Positions 34,737-47,300 of a stretch of 64,000 bases of DNA are shown in pieces. Numbering within the stretch: the first letter of the stretch is position 1; each line of letters begins with the position of its first letter. The stretch is from Lophium mytilinum (lineage: Eukaryota). The translations under genes were made by a program, and so were the position numbers. Location of the stretch: contig MU004182.1 of assembly GCA_010093605.1 (NCBI GenBank), forward strand, positions 2,651,195 through 2,715,194. The letters run 5' to 3'. The notes below the pieces were generated by a model. It had not been told where the DNA came from. It did no database searches and saw only the letters and a list, made by a program, of their open reading frames with translations.

Positions 34737-36734
34737 ATGGGATCACAACAGCTGTACCAATACCCACAGCTTGAAGGAGAAGACGCTATCAGGCTGGTCG
34801 TCATTCAGCCTTCCGCAGACCTCACCGCACCGATTCGATGTTCAATCATTCAGACTTTACTATTAGAATGCGAAGACGACATCGCTGATCATTACGTGGC
34901 ACTCTCTTACGTCTGGGGCGATCAGACCAATCGACGCTCTGTCGAGGTCGATGGGAAGGCCGCCCTAGACATCACAGCCTCGCTTGATGAAGCACTTCGG
35001 CATATTCGAAACCATCACAAATGCCTGCGAATATGGGCTGACGGCGTTTGTATCAACCAAAATGACGTCGAAGAAAGAAATAAGCAGGTTCGACGGATGG
35101 GGAGGATCTATGAGAACGCGGCTCATACCATCATCTTCCTCGGACTGGCTACCCGTGAAACAGAGCTCTTATTTGACATCTCAAAGTCATTACGCCCCCC
35201 AGGACCTAATACACACGATAGAGAATTTTTGAGCCTATTCGGAAATCTATCGGATAGTGACCACACGAGCATTGTCAAAGATATTGTCGGCAGACCGTGG
35301 TTCGGCCGCATTTGGGTTCTACAAGAGCTTGTCTTCTCTTTAAACCCTTGGGTTCAATGCGGGACATCTCGAATCAAGTGGCAGCGCCTATGCGCGCACC
35401 TAATAAACCCAGTTCCGCATATTCATAGCATAATGGATGAAACACTCCGTTCTCTGTCAGACATGAACGAGGCCCGGAACCAGTTCAAGATTAGTCGAGC
35501 GATACCTAGCGCCCACTCTTATGCCCGATTTTTCGACCTGATAATTTCGAGGAGAGGATTGGGAGCGTCTGACCCCAGGGATCTAATTTATGCCCATCTT
35601 GGAATGACTGACGCCCATACCCAGAACGCCTTTGTGATTGACTATAAGAAGCCGTGCTCTGATTTATTCGAAGACGTCGCCATCCAGTTTATACGTTCTT
35701 CTAAGAATCTGTCCATTCTCGAGCACGTCGGAGACATTGGGCTGGTCAATCGGCGACCTGGACTTCCATCTTGGGTGCCAGACTGGACAACTCCTCTATT
35801 ATCCGAAGGCCTCAAAAAGCCTCCTAGCTTTCAAGTTGACCGATACGACTCTGTTTCTGTATCACACGTTCTTCCACATGTCTTAGGTTTCATCGCAGAC
35901 ACATATTGGATTGTTGACACGGTCGAACCAAGGTTGGAAAAGAGAAGGGTAAGGCTGAAGAAGACGAAGACCCAAATGGACATCAATTCGGAAACCTACG
36001 CGAAAAGTTGTGTGTCGCAAGGGGACGAACCTCGTGACATCAATCGCGATCGCAATGATGAAGATGTTTCCAGTGTCATGACACGCTTTGGGCATTGTAT
36101 GCTGGGAATTGTGAATCGGCTTCGTCCAGTCGAGAACAACTTAGTAAATTACGTTAAACAAGCGTTAAATTTCATCCCCAAAGCGTCATCACCTTCGCTA
36201 CTTAAGAGCACGGATGAATCGGCGGCCTCCCAAATTGCGAATTTCAGCTCATTGAGGACCACCTCCCAGTTTCTCATGCCACAGCTATCTCGGGGCTCGA
36301 CGGACTTGTTTTGGAACCCCGACGAATCAATCCACGCTAAAATGGCAAGATATATCCCGAAAAAAGTTCCCTTCGATGCACTTCGCCGAGCGAGTGTCGC
36401 TTACCTTGAAGGGCAGACCATTGCGTTGCTCGAACAAGGGGACATCACCGTAGTCCCACATTCAACACGTGCTGGTGACATTGTATGCCAATTTTTCCGC
36501 GGGCCCTTGCCACAATACGTTGTCCTACGTCCAGTAGACAACACATTTGACCCTGAGACAGAGGAATTCTTGCTGAAAGATCTTCAAAAAATGGCATGCG
36601 CCCTCCAGTCTAAAGATAGCGTTTGTCACGTTGAATTCGTGTCTGTCATGCCTTTTAATCGTGACCAAACTCTGGGATGGTGTCGTTGGCCACAAAGGTT
36701 TCATCCCGGCGGTGGAGCTTTTGCTCTTCACTGA
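34737..36734 (+). CDS. HET-domain (heterokaryon incompatibility, HET-6-like) protein
   Basis: YVALSYVWGD, IWADGVCINQND..ERNKQVRRMGRIY, RPWFGRIWVLQE, ASDPRDLIYA, LPSWVPDW; intronless. Confidence 0.92.
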   Translation: MGSQQLYQYPQLEGEDAIRLVVIQPSADLTAPIRCSIIQTLLLECEDDIADHYVALSYVWGDQTNRRSVEVDGKAALDITASLDEALRHIRNHHKCLRIWADGVCINQNDVEERNKQVRRMGRIYENAAHTIIFLGLATRETELLFDISKSLRPPGPNTHDREFLSLFGNLSDSDHTSIVKDIVGRPWFGRIWVLQELVFSLNPWVQCGTSRIKWQRLCAHLINPVPHIHSIMDETLRSLSDMNEARNQFKISRAIPSAHSYARFFDLIISRRGLGASDPRDLIYAHLGMTDAHTQNAFVIDYKKPCSDLFEDVAIQFIRSSKNLSILEHVGDIGLVNRRPGLPSWVPDWTTPLLSEGLKKPPSFQVDRYDSVSVSHVLPHVLGFIADTYWIVDTVEPRLEKRRVRLKKTKTQMDINSETYAKSCVSQGDEPRDINRDRNDEDVSSVMTRFGHCMLGIVNRLRPVENNLVNYVKQALNFIPKASSPSLLKSTDESAASQIANFSSLRTTSQFLMPQLSRGSTDLFWNPDESIHAKMARYIPKKVPFDALRRASVAYLEGQTIALLEQGDITVVPHSTRAGDIVCQFFRGPLPQYVVLRPVDNTFDPETEEFLLKDLQKMACALQSKDSVCHVEFVSVMPFNRDQTLGWCRWPQRFHPGGGAFALH

Positions 36735-37398
36735 TAATATCCAGTGTTGGAACCGTCAGAAAAGACACTCGCACGTGCTTGAAAGCGTTCGTAGATTGGA
36801 TGAAACATTTCCCTCCCGTTCGTCTCGACAAGAATTTCTCTTCTATTACCTTCTAAATATCTCCGAACAGACTATGACAAGAGAAGCTGAGTGTTCAGCA
36901 TCACGCGGGCATTTTTTCTTGCGTAGTTTGGAGCTCCGAAAGCTACTAGAAGGGCACTGTTTGCGCTGTTCTCCTATGTTCTGGTTGGCGGTACTAATAA
37001 TCGTTATAACCGCGAGGATGCGATCAGGAACGCTTCCTAGGCCTAGCACTTGCAAAGAACGAATACCTATTGCGCCACAAATCGACATCGATTTGATCCA
37101 CTACTCGAATCGCGGATAACGTCGAATTAATTTATATCTAATAATTAGGCAAGCTTGGCAAGCATGAGGGCCATGATCGGCCCTTCTACTATCCCAATGC
37201 AGTTGTTCTACCGATTAGCGCACCAAAACAGCCATTGCGTGATACGGGGGTCCATCTCTCATCATCGTTTACTCATGCAGCTTATTGTGCGCAAGAAGCA
37301 AAAGCGAGGGCAATATGTACTTCTTCCATCCGGGCTTTTTGCGATTGGCCTGCGTTCCGAATGCACGACATATCTACAATTCTCGGTAAACCAAATCT

Positions 37399-39027
37399 AT
37401 GAATATGTCTGACAAAGCAGTTCGAGTTGTTTCGCATTCTGTACAGAATGCCAGCAAACCAACATACGAGGTCGACGACACCGAAACTAAGGCTCTGACT
37501 AGAAGGGTCCTGTGGAAGCTTGATACTCGGTAGGCCATAGCTAGTATAGCAGTATATATTGGGATATTACTGACATCTCTCCACAGAGTACTCCCGCCTA
37601 TAGCAATTCTTTATCTTTGCAACTTCTTCGACAGATCTAATGTAGGCAACGCCAAAATCCTAGGCCTCGAGGACGATCTTCACCTTACCAACCATCACTA
37701 TGCCGTCGCCTTGTCGATCTTCTACGTCTTCTATGTTGTCTCAGACCTCCCGTCAAATCTGTTCCTCAAGACAGCCACCCCTAGGCTCTGGCTCCCCATC
37801 CTAGCAATCTTGTGGGGGATCGTCGTAATGTGCATTGGCTTCGTCCGAAACTTCGCTGAATTCGTCGTTGTACGTTCACTGCTCGGGATCTTCGAGGGTG
37901 GGCTGTATCCCGGCTCATTGCTGTATCTTTCAATGATGTACACGAAGGAAGAATTGGCGCTGCGGGTAGGCATATTCTACTCGTCGGCGTCGCTTTCGGG
38001 GGCCTTTGGTGGTCTTCTTGCGTCCGGACTCTCGCACATCCCGAAAACGTCAGTTGTGGATTGGAAATGGCGATGGGTGAGTACTTCGCTCTTATGACTC
38101 CATACTACGCTGACCTGTAGAAAAGATCATGATCATTGAGGGCATATTGACTATCCTCTGTGGCATTGGCGCAATCTTTTTGATACCAAACTCCGTGGAA
38201 ACCGCCACCTTCCTCACTCCCACCGAGCGCTCGCACGCCAGCGCCCGCCTCAAAGCATCTAATTACATCTCCGGATCCCTCATCGAGCCAGAAAGATTCC
38301 AGTGGTCCGAAGTCATCCGCGGTATTCTTTCGCCCCAGCTCTGGCTAAATGCGACCGCCTATTTCGCCATCTGCTGTGCACTGTACTCATTTAGTCTCTT
38401 CTTGCCTTCCATCATCGTATCTCTAGGCTACTCCGGTAGTAAAGCGCAGCTCATGACCGTCCCACCTTACGCCGTAGCTGCAGTAACAGGCACCTTCGTC
38501 GCTTTCTTGTCTGACCGACTGCGATTGCGCGGCGTTCTCGTGCTCTTCACCCTACCCCTCGCCGTGATTGGTTACGCAGTGATCGCGCGAGTGGACAGCA
38601 ATTCTGTCAAATACGGGATGACTTTCCTAATGGCTGTCGGAATCTACTCATCGGTGCCGCCGATCTTGGTATGGCTACTAAATAACAGCGCTGGGCACTA
38701 CAAGCGTGCGACCTCGGGCGCTATGCAGTTGGTGATAGCGAATTGCGGGGGTATTGTAGCTGCGTTTCTGTATCCAAATGATCAGAAGCCGGTGTATTAT
38801 GAGAGCCATAATATTGTGATGGGCTGTCTTTGCTATGCTTGGGTGGCGTAAGTCTTCTCAATATCTCCCCTACCTATGTCTCTCCGGCAGCCTACTAACC
38901 ATCTAGTAGTGTCCTTCTGAATATTCTGTACTGTTGGAAGGTCAACAAAGATAAGGTCGAAGGAAAGTACGACAAGTATATCGGGTACGGAGACGACAGA
39001 GACCCGTCTTTCAAGATGATTCTCTAA
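37399..39027 (+). CDS. MFS transporter, anion:cation symporter (Tna1/Dal5-like) family
   Basis: VLWKLDTR|VLP...FDRSNVGNAKILGL, SASLSGAFGGLLA, WRW|IMIIEG, AQLMTVPPYA, NNSAGHYKRA; three introns starting ~37530, 38077 and 38848; ends GDDRDPSFKMIL*. Confidence 0.92.
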
Positions 39028-39128
39028 GGCCACAGCTTGGAGCATATGTATTCCGCAATCACAAAAACCCGCCCTTCCATAGCATACCTAGATACTTCGT
39101 AGAAACCCCATCTCCATGCAACCCATTC

Positions 39129-39788
39129 TCACCTCCGCTCCACCACCGGCAACGCAATCGCCTCCCGCCCATTACTCAAAACCTCTTCCAACATCTCCAA
39201 CCGATCCTGCCCCCAAAACGGCTCCCCCCTATACACATAACACGGCGCCCCAAACAACCGCCCCTCCTCCGCCTCCCGCGTCAGCGCCCTCTCCTGCTCC
39301 ACTAACACGCTCTCCCCCTGCGCCCTCTCCACCAACCGCGCCCCCTCAAGTCCACACTCCCCCGCCACCCTCACCACCGTCCCCACATCCGCCACATCCC
39401 CCTCCTCCGCCCACACCACCCGCAGCCCCCTCTGCGCAAACGCCGCCACGCGCCCGCTCTCATACCCCTCCTCCTCCTCAATCGCCGCGAGCAGCACGCG
39501 GTGCGCGAGCGAGGGGTCCGCAGGGTAAAACTTCGGATGTGGCATGATGGGGATACCGCGGATGCGGCGCCAGCGCTCCATTTCGAGCAAGCGGTAGGCT
39601 TGGCGTTGGGGGGAGCGCTGGGCCACGGGGAGGCCGCCAGAGATGGAGAAGATGTGGGGCAGGTTAATGGGTTTGTAGATGAGGCGGGCGTTGTGGCGAA
39701 GGGCGAGGGCGTGTAGGTGGGCGCTGCCGATGTAGGACCAGAGCGAGATGAAGGAGAAGTAGTAGGTTATTGTTGGGCGGGTGGGCAT
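39129..39788 (-). CDS. 2-hydroxychromene-2-carboxylate isomerase-like protein (DsbA fold, kappa-class GST; NahD-like)
   Basis: ITYYFSFISLWSYIG, RQAYRLLEMERW, LFGAPCYVYRGEPFWGQDRLEML; intronless. Confidence 0.88.
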   Translation of the reverse strand: MPTRPTITYYFSFISLWSYIGSAHLHALALRHNARLIYKPINLPHIFSISGGLPVAQRSPQRQAYRLLEMERWRRIRGIPIMPHPKFYPADPSLAHRVLLAAIEEEEGYESGRVAAFAQRGLRVVWAEEGDVADVGTVVRVAGECGLEGARLVERAQGESVLVEQERALTREAEEGRLFGAPCYVYRGEPFWGQDRLEMLEEVLSNGREAIALPVVERR

Positions 39789-40178
39789 GGTTAGCAGTAG
39801 GTTTGGGGACTACTTTGGGTAGAGGGAGGGAGTGGGGAAGAAGAATTGTGGGAGGGTTGGAGTGGGTTGGAAGAGACGGCTAGATGGAGTTGAAGGTTGA
39901 TGGAAGCTGTACATGACTCGGTGGTTGATTGGGTCACGATTTACCTAGTGTTATGAAAGAGGGGTTGCGGCGAGCACGTAATTGTGCATCACCCCGCCCA
40001 TTATTCGGTAGACATGGTTTGACCGTATTTCCGAGATGGCTAGTTTTATTTCCGGTTGACATCTAAAGGTAACACAGGAAGACAAATCTCCACTCAAAAT
40101 TAAAGGCTGAAAAGTTCTAGACATGCTAGACGCACTTCGTTTCATCTTCTCGCTCTCCCTAGCCTACCTGGAAATTGA

Positions 40179-41544
40179 TCAAACGGTATGACTGTCCTTC
40201 CTACATTTCACAATACCTCGGGCTCTTTCCAGTTCTGCCGGAAGATTCACGTCCCAGATCCAGCCCATACGGCTCCTTATGTTCCTCTCAACAGCCTCCA
40301 AATCGTCGCCTTCTAGTTCGAAATCATACAACATTGAGGCTTCCCGGCTGGTTTCTACTAAATTCTGTGTCCTGGGCCGTCGCACAAGGTCATATGCCTC
40401 GAACGCTGTCTCCAGGCCTGCCACTCCAGTGCCTGCTTTCACAGCGTCTCCCACTAGATTGGTCAGGATATAAGCGTCTTCGATTGCCATGCCAGCCCCT
40501 GCACCTTGATGGGGTGTCGAAGCGTGAGCAGCATCGCCTAGGATGCAGATTCGCTTCTTGTGGTAGGTGCTCGCGGGAGGGTGGTTGAAGAGCGCCCAGA
40601 TATCTGGCTTCTGCATCAAGGAGATGATGCTGTGGACGGTAGGGCCCCAATCGGCGAAGTCTTCGAGCATTTCGTCTTTCGTGGTATGGACGACCCATTC
40701 CTTCGAAGGCCAAGCGGCACGGGAGGCGAATGCGACAACTGCTAACATCAGCACATGATCAAAGTAGGACCAGAAGTGCGGTATTTGTATTTGAGATGAG
40801 CTCACCGTTCATCGTCTCCCCCTTTTCAATTGGAAAGGTCAGAACATGACCATGATAGCCAAAATACAACTGACTGTTCAGGGCCTTCTCCTCGCCCAGC
40901 AGCTCTATCGCCTTCCCCATCGGAACGAGTCCGCGATACGCATACTTTCCCGAAAAGACGGCTTTCGCAGCGGGATCGTCCTTCCCTAGCAAGATTTCCC
41001 GGGTCCGCGACTTGATTCCATCGCATCCGATCACCGCCGTATGTTGCGCCTCGGTGCTATCCGCAAACTTCAGAAGCACATCCCCGCTCCCATCCTCCGC
41101 GTCTCCGATGTCCACCAATTTTTTTCCGAATTGCGACATCTCTTCTGGCACTAGCTTCACCATCTCGTCTAGAAAGTGCGCGCGGTGCACCCCACCTCTA
41201 CTGTTCGGATTTGTAAACTCGACGTCGCAGACCAAGTCGCCCACCTGGCTGCCCTCGGAAAATTTGTAACGCGCATCCCCGACTCGACAACTGAACCACA
41301 GCTTCTCATGGCTCGGCCACTGGTTCGCCGTTTTGCGTCGCAGGAAGCCTTCCTTGATCTCCGGGTCGAGTAAAGTCATGGCGCGCACTGAATTGGGCCC
41401 GAAGCCTACGCCGGCGCCAATTTCGCCAAAGTGCGACGCGGCTTCGTAGAGGGTGATTGGGACGTCATGCTTAAGGAGGCCGATGGCGAGGGTTAGCCCA
41501 GCGATACCGCCGCCCACGATAGCGATGTTCGGTTTATCGGCCAT
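40179..41544 (-). CDS. FAD-dependent monooxygenase, salicylate hydroxylase-like
   Basis: IAIVGGGIAG, FGEIGAGVGFGPN, VHRAHFLD, IGCDGIKS, LGDAAHASTPHQGAGAGMAIEDA; intron 40739-40805. Confidence 0.93.
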
Positions 41545-42230
41545 TGTGGCAGCCGTCGTTAGAGGAGTAGTAATAGGAGAGCTTGAGGAACTAGGTAGTA
41601 GGAAGAGTGATAGAATAGAACTAGATTGTGACTTTTAGACTCGTGCTAAGTGCTTCTTAGGAGGCTAGCCAGCGGTGAATATAAACATGGCTGAATCGTA
41701 CGAGGCCCCCCTCTACGGCCGATGTTGAGGCGACGGAGCAGGTCCGGCTGTGCCGCACGCAATATCGACGTGGTCGCTCTGCCGTGCCTCCCGTTGCCGT
41801 GTGCAGGGAGATGCATGGTGGTTGTGCATGAAAATACCTGAAGCATGCCAGATCGACGAGGTTTCGTGCATCTCTGGCGGGGATACGTTGCCCCGCTCCG
41901 ATCCGAGGCCTAGCCACTAGCGCCGATCATTCACTTCTCCACTCCTTCACCCTGCCCGCATGGGCGTTTTCTAGTCACGCTCACTTTCATCTGAACTCTT
42001 GTGCTCCAAAGGTGGGTTGTGTCACTCGACTTCCATGCTCATCGATGCAGTGTCTGGGCCCTCCTGCTTCTCGGGAGGACCAGTGTTGCCTACGTCATAT
42101 TCTCCTTCCTCTTTGAGGTGCATTCACTGACTTTCTCCAGCTGCGAAGCATCACATACACTATTCTTACTCGATTTTAGTTGATAATATTGCACGTCGAC
42201 TTTTATGTTTGGATACTTTGTTCTTTCATC

Positions 42231-43284
42231 ATGCCTCGATCCTCAGGAGCTGCCGTGCCTCAGCCATCCCAAGAGAAGACTGAGGACCCAGTCACTGTCT
42301 TAGTAACGGGCTTTGGAGTACGTACCTTTCCCAACCTCTCCAGTTCTGAGAATCTCTCCACTCTCCCAATTTGCAGAACCTATCTTATTCCCTCTACTTC
42401 TTCTCTCTTTCCTTGGCGCATTCTCGCCTTCTCGAGCGCCTCCTTGCCCCCATTTCTTCTCGCAAAGATCACGAAATTGTTTGATCAGACCTCTTCAACG
42501 CTCCATACTATCTCGAAGGATCACCTTCATCCTTTTTCAAGAGAAATACCGACAGCCTTAGCCCTTCCTAGAAAAGTACCCCACAAACTCCTCTTGGTCC
42601 ATAGCGAGCACCCTCCCAGCGATCCTCCCCGCAACGCCCCTCCACCCAACGCCAATTCGGATCATCGTCCACCACGAACCCATTCGTGTCGCCTACCACG
42701 CCGTCACAGACACCATCCCCGCCATCATAGACTCTTGCGCCCCAAAACCGGATATCGTCTTCCATATCGGCCTCGCGGCCGGCCGCACTTTCTACACCCT
42801 CGAGCGTGGCGCCCACCGCACTGGCTACAACTCCATCCCGGATGTCGACGGTCGGCTTTTTTCCGAGGCTGAAGTGGCCGCGCGCTGGCCACATCTCCCT
42901 CCCATCCTTAAAACCGCTTTCAAGACCGACGACGTGTGGCGGCGGTGGCGAGCGCAGCTGCCAGATTCAAACATTGATATCAGGCCGAGTGAGGACGCGG
43001 GGAATTTTATGTGTGGGTTTATCTATTATAATACCCTGGCGCACTTTTACGAGCAAAAGGATGAGGAGCGCCCGGTTACGTTTCTTCACGTGCCGAATCT
43101 GCCAACGAAGAAGGACGTCGATCAAGGTCGAGAGGTGGCATGTGCGCTGATCAGGGCGATGGTAGATAGCAGACGCGAACATGGGGTTACGGATGGAATT
43201 GCGGAGAAGCTGGTCAATCGGGCAGCGGAAATAGTGGCGAACAAGGACGAGGGTCCGAAGACTGATGTGAATTTTGTGGCTTGA
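42231..43284 (+). CDS. Pyroglutamyl-peptidase I (peptidase C15)
   Basis: VLVTGFG|PF...NSSW, FHIGLA, catalytic E (TLERGA), C (SEDAGNFMCGFIYY) and H (FLHVP); intron 42318-42561. Confidence 0.93.
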
Positions 43285-44570
43285 GCGAGTTCAGGTAAGG
43301 GAAGAAAAAAGACGTTGGTTATAAGGAGCATAAGCTGAAAAGAGGAGGTAGTCTACATTATCTTTTTGTACATTGATATGGGCCGTTGGGTACTAATTGC
43401 ATTATTGACTTATGAGTAAAAGGTACCAATCTATTCCTTCTTTCTTTTCTTTCTTGCTTCAAACTATTCTGTCAAGGGAAGGCTAAAAACGAAGTCTGTA
43501 TATATTCTAGTGCGGTTTAAATGCGGAGACTTGATAACTTGAAAGGTGGATGAGTTTTCTTTTTACTCCTTCGGCCTCTTCTATAAGATTTTTCAACCGT
43601 CTCCGCTTCCTTTCATTCCACTCCCCAACTAATACTCTGATCGATCTTGTTTTCTTTCTATATCGAAAGTATAATAGTTCGAGGTTCAGGTATTTAATTT
43701 CCACTCTTTATAGTGGCAAATTCGGAAATATCTAAGAGGTAGGAGAAGAGACGGATTTTCGGGGCGGTGGAATTGCTCATTCACACCACATAGCATTTCC
43801 TCGCGAAGTCCAAAGCACGTCTCAATGGTTTGCTTCATCTTCTTATCACGCCACCGTCTCTTAACTCCCTTTCGTACTGGGTATCCTCCGCTAGGAAGCA
43901 CACATCGCTAGCATCAGCTTCGATCTACTTGTCACGCAACCCTCTCATATCATCATTTGACTTCAAGAACCTCGACGGCTTTGAATGTTGCTCTTGGGAA
44001 GGACCCCTTCGCACAGGAGCGTAGCTGATGAGCAGATGTCGCTCATTCTCATCGGCACATCAGCCATCCTCATGACCAAGTGAACATCATCGCCAACGGG
44101 CCGTTTAAATGCTCACCATACTATGTGAATATACGACCGTAGAAACTCTTCTTTGATAAGGATGCGAATGCCACCTAGTATACGTAACCCCAGATACCGG
44201 ATCCGGCTCAGTGTCGCTGTGGAACAGCGGTTATCTCCGGTACTCACGTGTCAGGCCCGGGCCCGTTTCAGCCCCTATAGCCCCGTCATCGGCTTAATCA
44301 GTGAGGGGCGGTGAGGGCCTCCGCAGGCAGGCACGTTTGTATTTCTTCGCCTTCCTCCAGATATCTTTCTCTCCTCTACATCCTCATCGTCTTCATACAA
44401 TACAAGACGATCAGGGTTTCCTCATCTTCTGTTGCCCGACAAGCTTAGTAGCTACCTCTACAAGCTCTTCGGCTGCTGCTAACCCGCCTTCTCACACAAT
44501 AAACTGTCAAGAACCTCTGCAGCAGCTCCAATCACTCTTCCTCCTAATATCTACAGGGCTAGCCCTACCT

Positions 44571-46413
44571 ATGACCATCATGGCTTCATCCTTCTTGTCA
44601 CTTCTCCTCAAGGCTGCCATCCTAGGAGCAGTTCTTCTTCTTCCCCGCCTTCTGTGGAACTATCTCACCTCGCCAATCAAGGATATCCCTGGCCCTTTCT
44701 TGGCCAAGTTCACGAATTTCTGGCGACTATACAGCCATTGGGCTCGTACCCATATCGAGTCTCAGCGAGAGCTGCATGAGAAGTATGGCAGCGCGGTACG
44801 GATCGGACCTAACTGCGTCAGCATCAGTGATCCGAGCTTGATCTCCAAGATCTACTCCACGAGAGGTGAATTCGTCAAGGTGAGTACATATGCAGCTCTC
44901 TGCTGATACTCTTCAATGTATCCCATTTACTGATTTGAGGGTGAAGAGCGACCTTTACCGCGTCGCTGACGCCCACAATGACGGGAAACTTGTTGAGTCT
45001 ATCTTCAGCACGCGTAGCAACGCCTTCCACTCGATGTACATCAAGCCAGTCCAAAAGTCCTTTGCCATCGGTAGCATCCTAAAGATGGAGCCCCTTGTGG
45101 ACAGCACACTGGAGTCACTTTGCGAACACATCGAAGAACGCTTTATTGAAGGTGCAAACGCTGGAACATCATTTGATATTGCGAGCTGGGCACACTTATG
45201 TGAGTGATATAGCTGATGCTGAGCGCTTCCAACTAACCAGTGCTACTATAGATACATGGGACGTCATCAGCGAGCTTACCTTCAGCAAGAAGATGGGATT
45301 CCTCGAGACCGGTGCTGACGTAGAAGGCTATATTGCTACGAACAAGTTCCTCATGGGATACTTTAACTGGGTAAGCGCCCTCTCTCTCCTCTAAGTCGTT
45401 TATTAACATATCTTTTCATAGGTCGGCCAACTACCTAGCCTAGACCAATGGCTAGCCAATAACCCACTCCTATTCTCCCCCTTCAAATACCCCACCTTCT
45501 CCGGCATAGCCGGAATCTGCGCCCAGCGAATGGTCGAGCGCATTCAAAACCCTGCCCAGGCAAAGCATGACGACTTCCTCAATCTCTTTCTCCAAACCAA
45601 GACTGACTACCCTGGCATCGTCCGGGACGAGGACATAGTGGGATATCTGAGCCTCAACGTAAGCCCGCATGTCTCCTCTCATTCTCACTGCTCCTTGATT
45701 GCTTACACACCTCCCTGGAATAGCTCCTCGGCGGCGCCGATACAATTGCTATCGCCTTAAGTGCCCTCGTCTATCATCTCCTCCGCAACCCGGCCGCCCA
45801 TATCCGCCTCGTCACGGAACTCACTACCGCGGGCCTCGCCTTCCCTGCCTCCTACGCCGTCACGTCCCGGCTCCCCTATCTTTCTGCAGTTATCAGCGAA
45901 TCGATCCGCATGCACCCATCCATTGGACACATCTTGGAGCGGGTTGTCCCGGCCACCGGACTGGAGCTCCGCGATGGGCGCAAGATTGCACCAGGCACTA
46001 TAGTAGGAATGAATCCTTGGATAGTGGCAAGATCGACGGAGGTTTACGGGGAGGACGTCGATACCTTTCGGCCGGAGCGGTGGCTACAGGGCGAAGGAGA
46101 GAGTGTGGAGGTCTACGAAGCGAGGGTGACCAAGATGCGGAACACGGAATTTGCGTTTGGCGCGGGTCGGCGGGTGTGTACGGGCAAGCCCATTGCGATG
46201 GTGGAGCTGCACAAGGCTGTGGCGACACTGTTTGGACGATTCGAGGTAAGTCTTGGGTTGTTGGGAGACATTCAAGGGGAGACGAGAAGAGTGCTGACTC
46301 GATTGCAGATTGAGCTTGACGACCCGAAGACGCAGTGGGAGCTCACGAAGGGATGGTTTGTGTTTCCGACCAAGATCATGGTCAAGGTACGAAAGGCTAA
46401 GGGCAGGACTTGA
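44571..46413 (+). CDS. Cytochrome P450 monooxygenase
   Basis: N-terminal TM anchor then IPGPFLAKFT, YGSAVRIGPN, I-helix GGADT, ESIR, FRPERW and heme motif FGAGRRVCTG; five introns (donors ~44880, 45200, 45371, 45659, 46246). Confidence 0.95.
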
Positions 46414-47300
46414 TGGCCCTATTGCTCACAGGTCTCCTCCCTATGGGTTTCTCTTGATTCCATTGCTATTCTTTCTTACGTCTCTTACCTACGAGTCCCC
46501 TTAGAGCGTGGTTTTATACAAGACCCGGGATCGCCTAGAATATGGCTCCGGAGGTTCTACACGGCCCCTTAACTTACCCATCATAGAGTAGCATCTATGC
46601 CCCTTTCCTTTGTTGTCGTTGCGTCAGCGGGTGGAGAAAGCAGCTATGGAATTTCTGCGTCCACAAAAAGTATTAGGCCATAGCCTCAAGACTCTCTTTA
46701 ATAATCTCAAATGATCCCAACCATCTTCTTCAAGAATCACCTCTCATCAACCATACCCATAATCTTGTGGGCCCTCTAAGGCCATAGAAACAACATTCCC
46801 CACGACCCGAACGAGTCTCTGGTCTGATGTGAGGATGACCGGGAAGATGCAGGCTATTCTGATTGCAACAACGTGGCCTTGCTTGGTGGTGCACCGAGGT
46901 GCTAGGCCCAGACACTCGGGCTTGGTCATGCTGAGTCGTCCACCGACCACAACGTCCCCCGCCTTTTCAATGGCCAAGAACACTCCAATGCACGTGGTAC
47001 AACGAAGTCAAAGCGGGGTTAGTAGTACTGTTTCAAAATGTGTTGTCTCAACATTAGTGCGGAATTCTGCTCACGTTTTAGAAGCGCAAGCATTGTTGCT
47101 CCACGTTTTGCTCGGTCAACGATTGGTCTATCTCGGTAATCGGGGTCACACGACATCCAACTCCGCATTCGATTTAAGACACATGTGTTATATACACCTA
47201 GCTTCTTCATATTCGTATTCGGTTCGTCCCTCGTAGAGATACAGCTCTCATTAGCACCACCACGCATGCCGTTCATCGGTAGGAAAAGTCACACCCCTCC

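Noticed and set aside
39116..39547. Extensin-like Pro-rich ORF on + strand
   Set aside because: Antisense shadow of the G-rich 3' half of the HCCA-isomerase-like gene.
43400..43901. AT-rich stretch with short basic ORFs as a transposon or gene relic
   Set aside because: No terminal repeats, target-site duplication or TE motifs; cannot be supported.
46730..47240. Possible small Cys-containing gene between the P450 and GPI genes
   Set aside because: Could not build a stop-free spliced model with a credible start.
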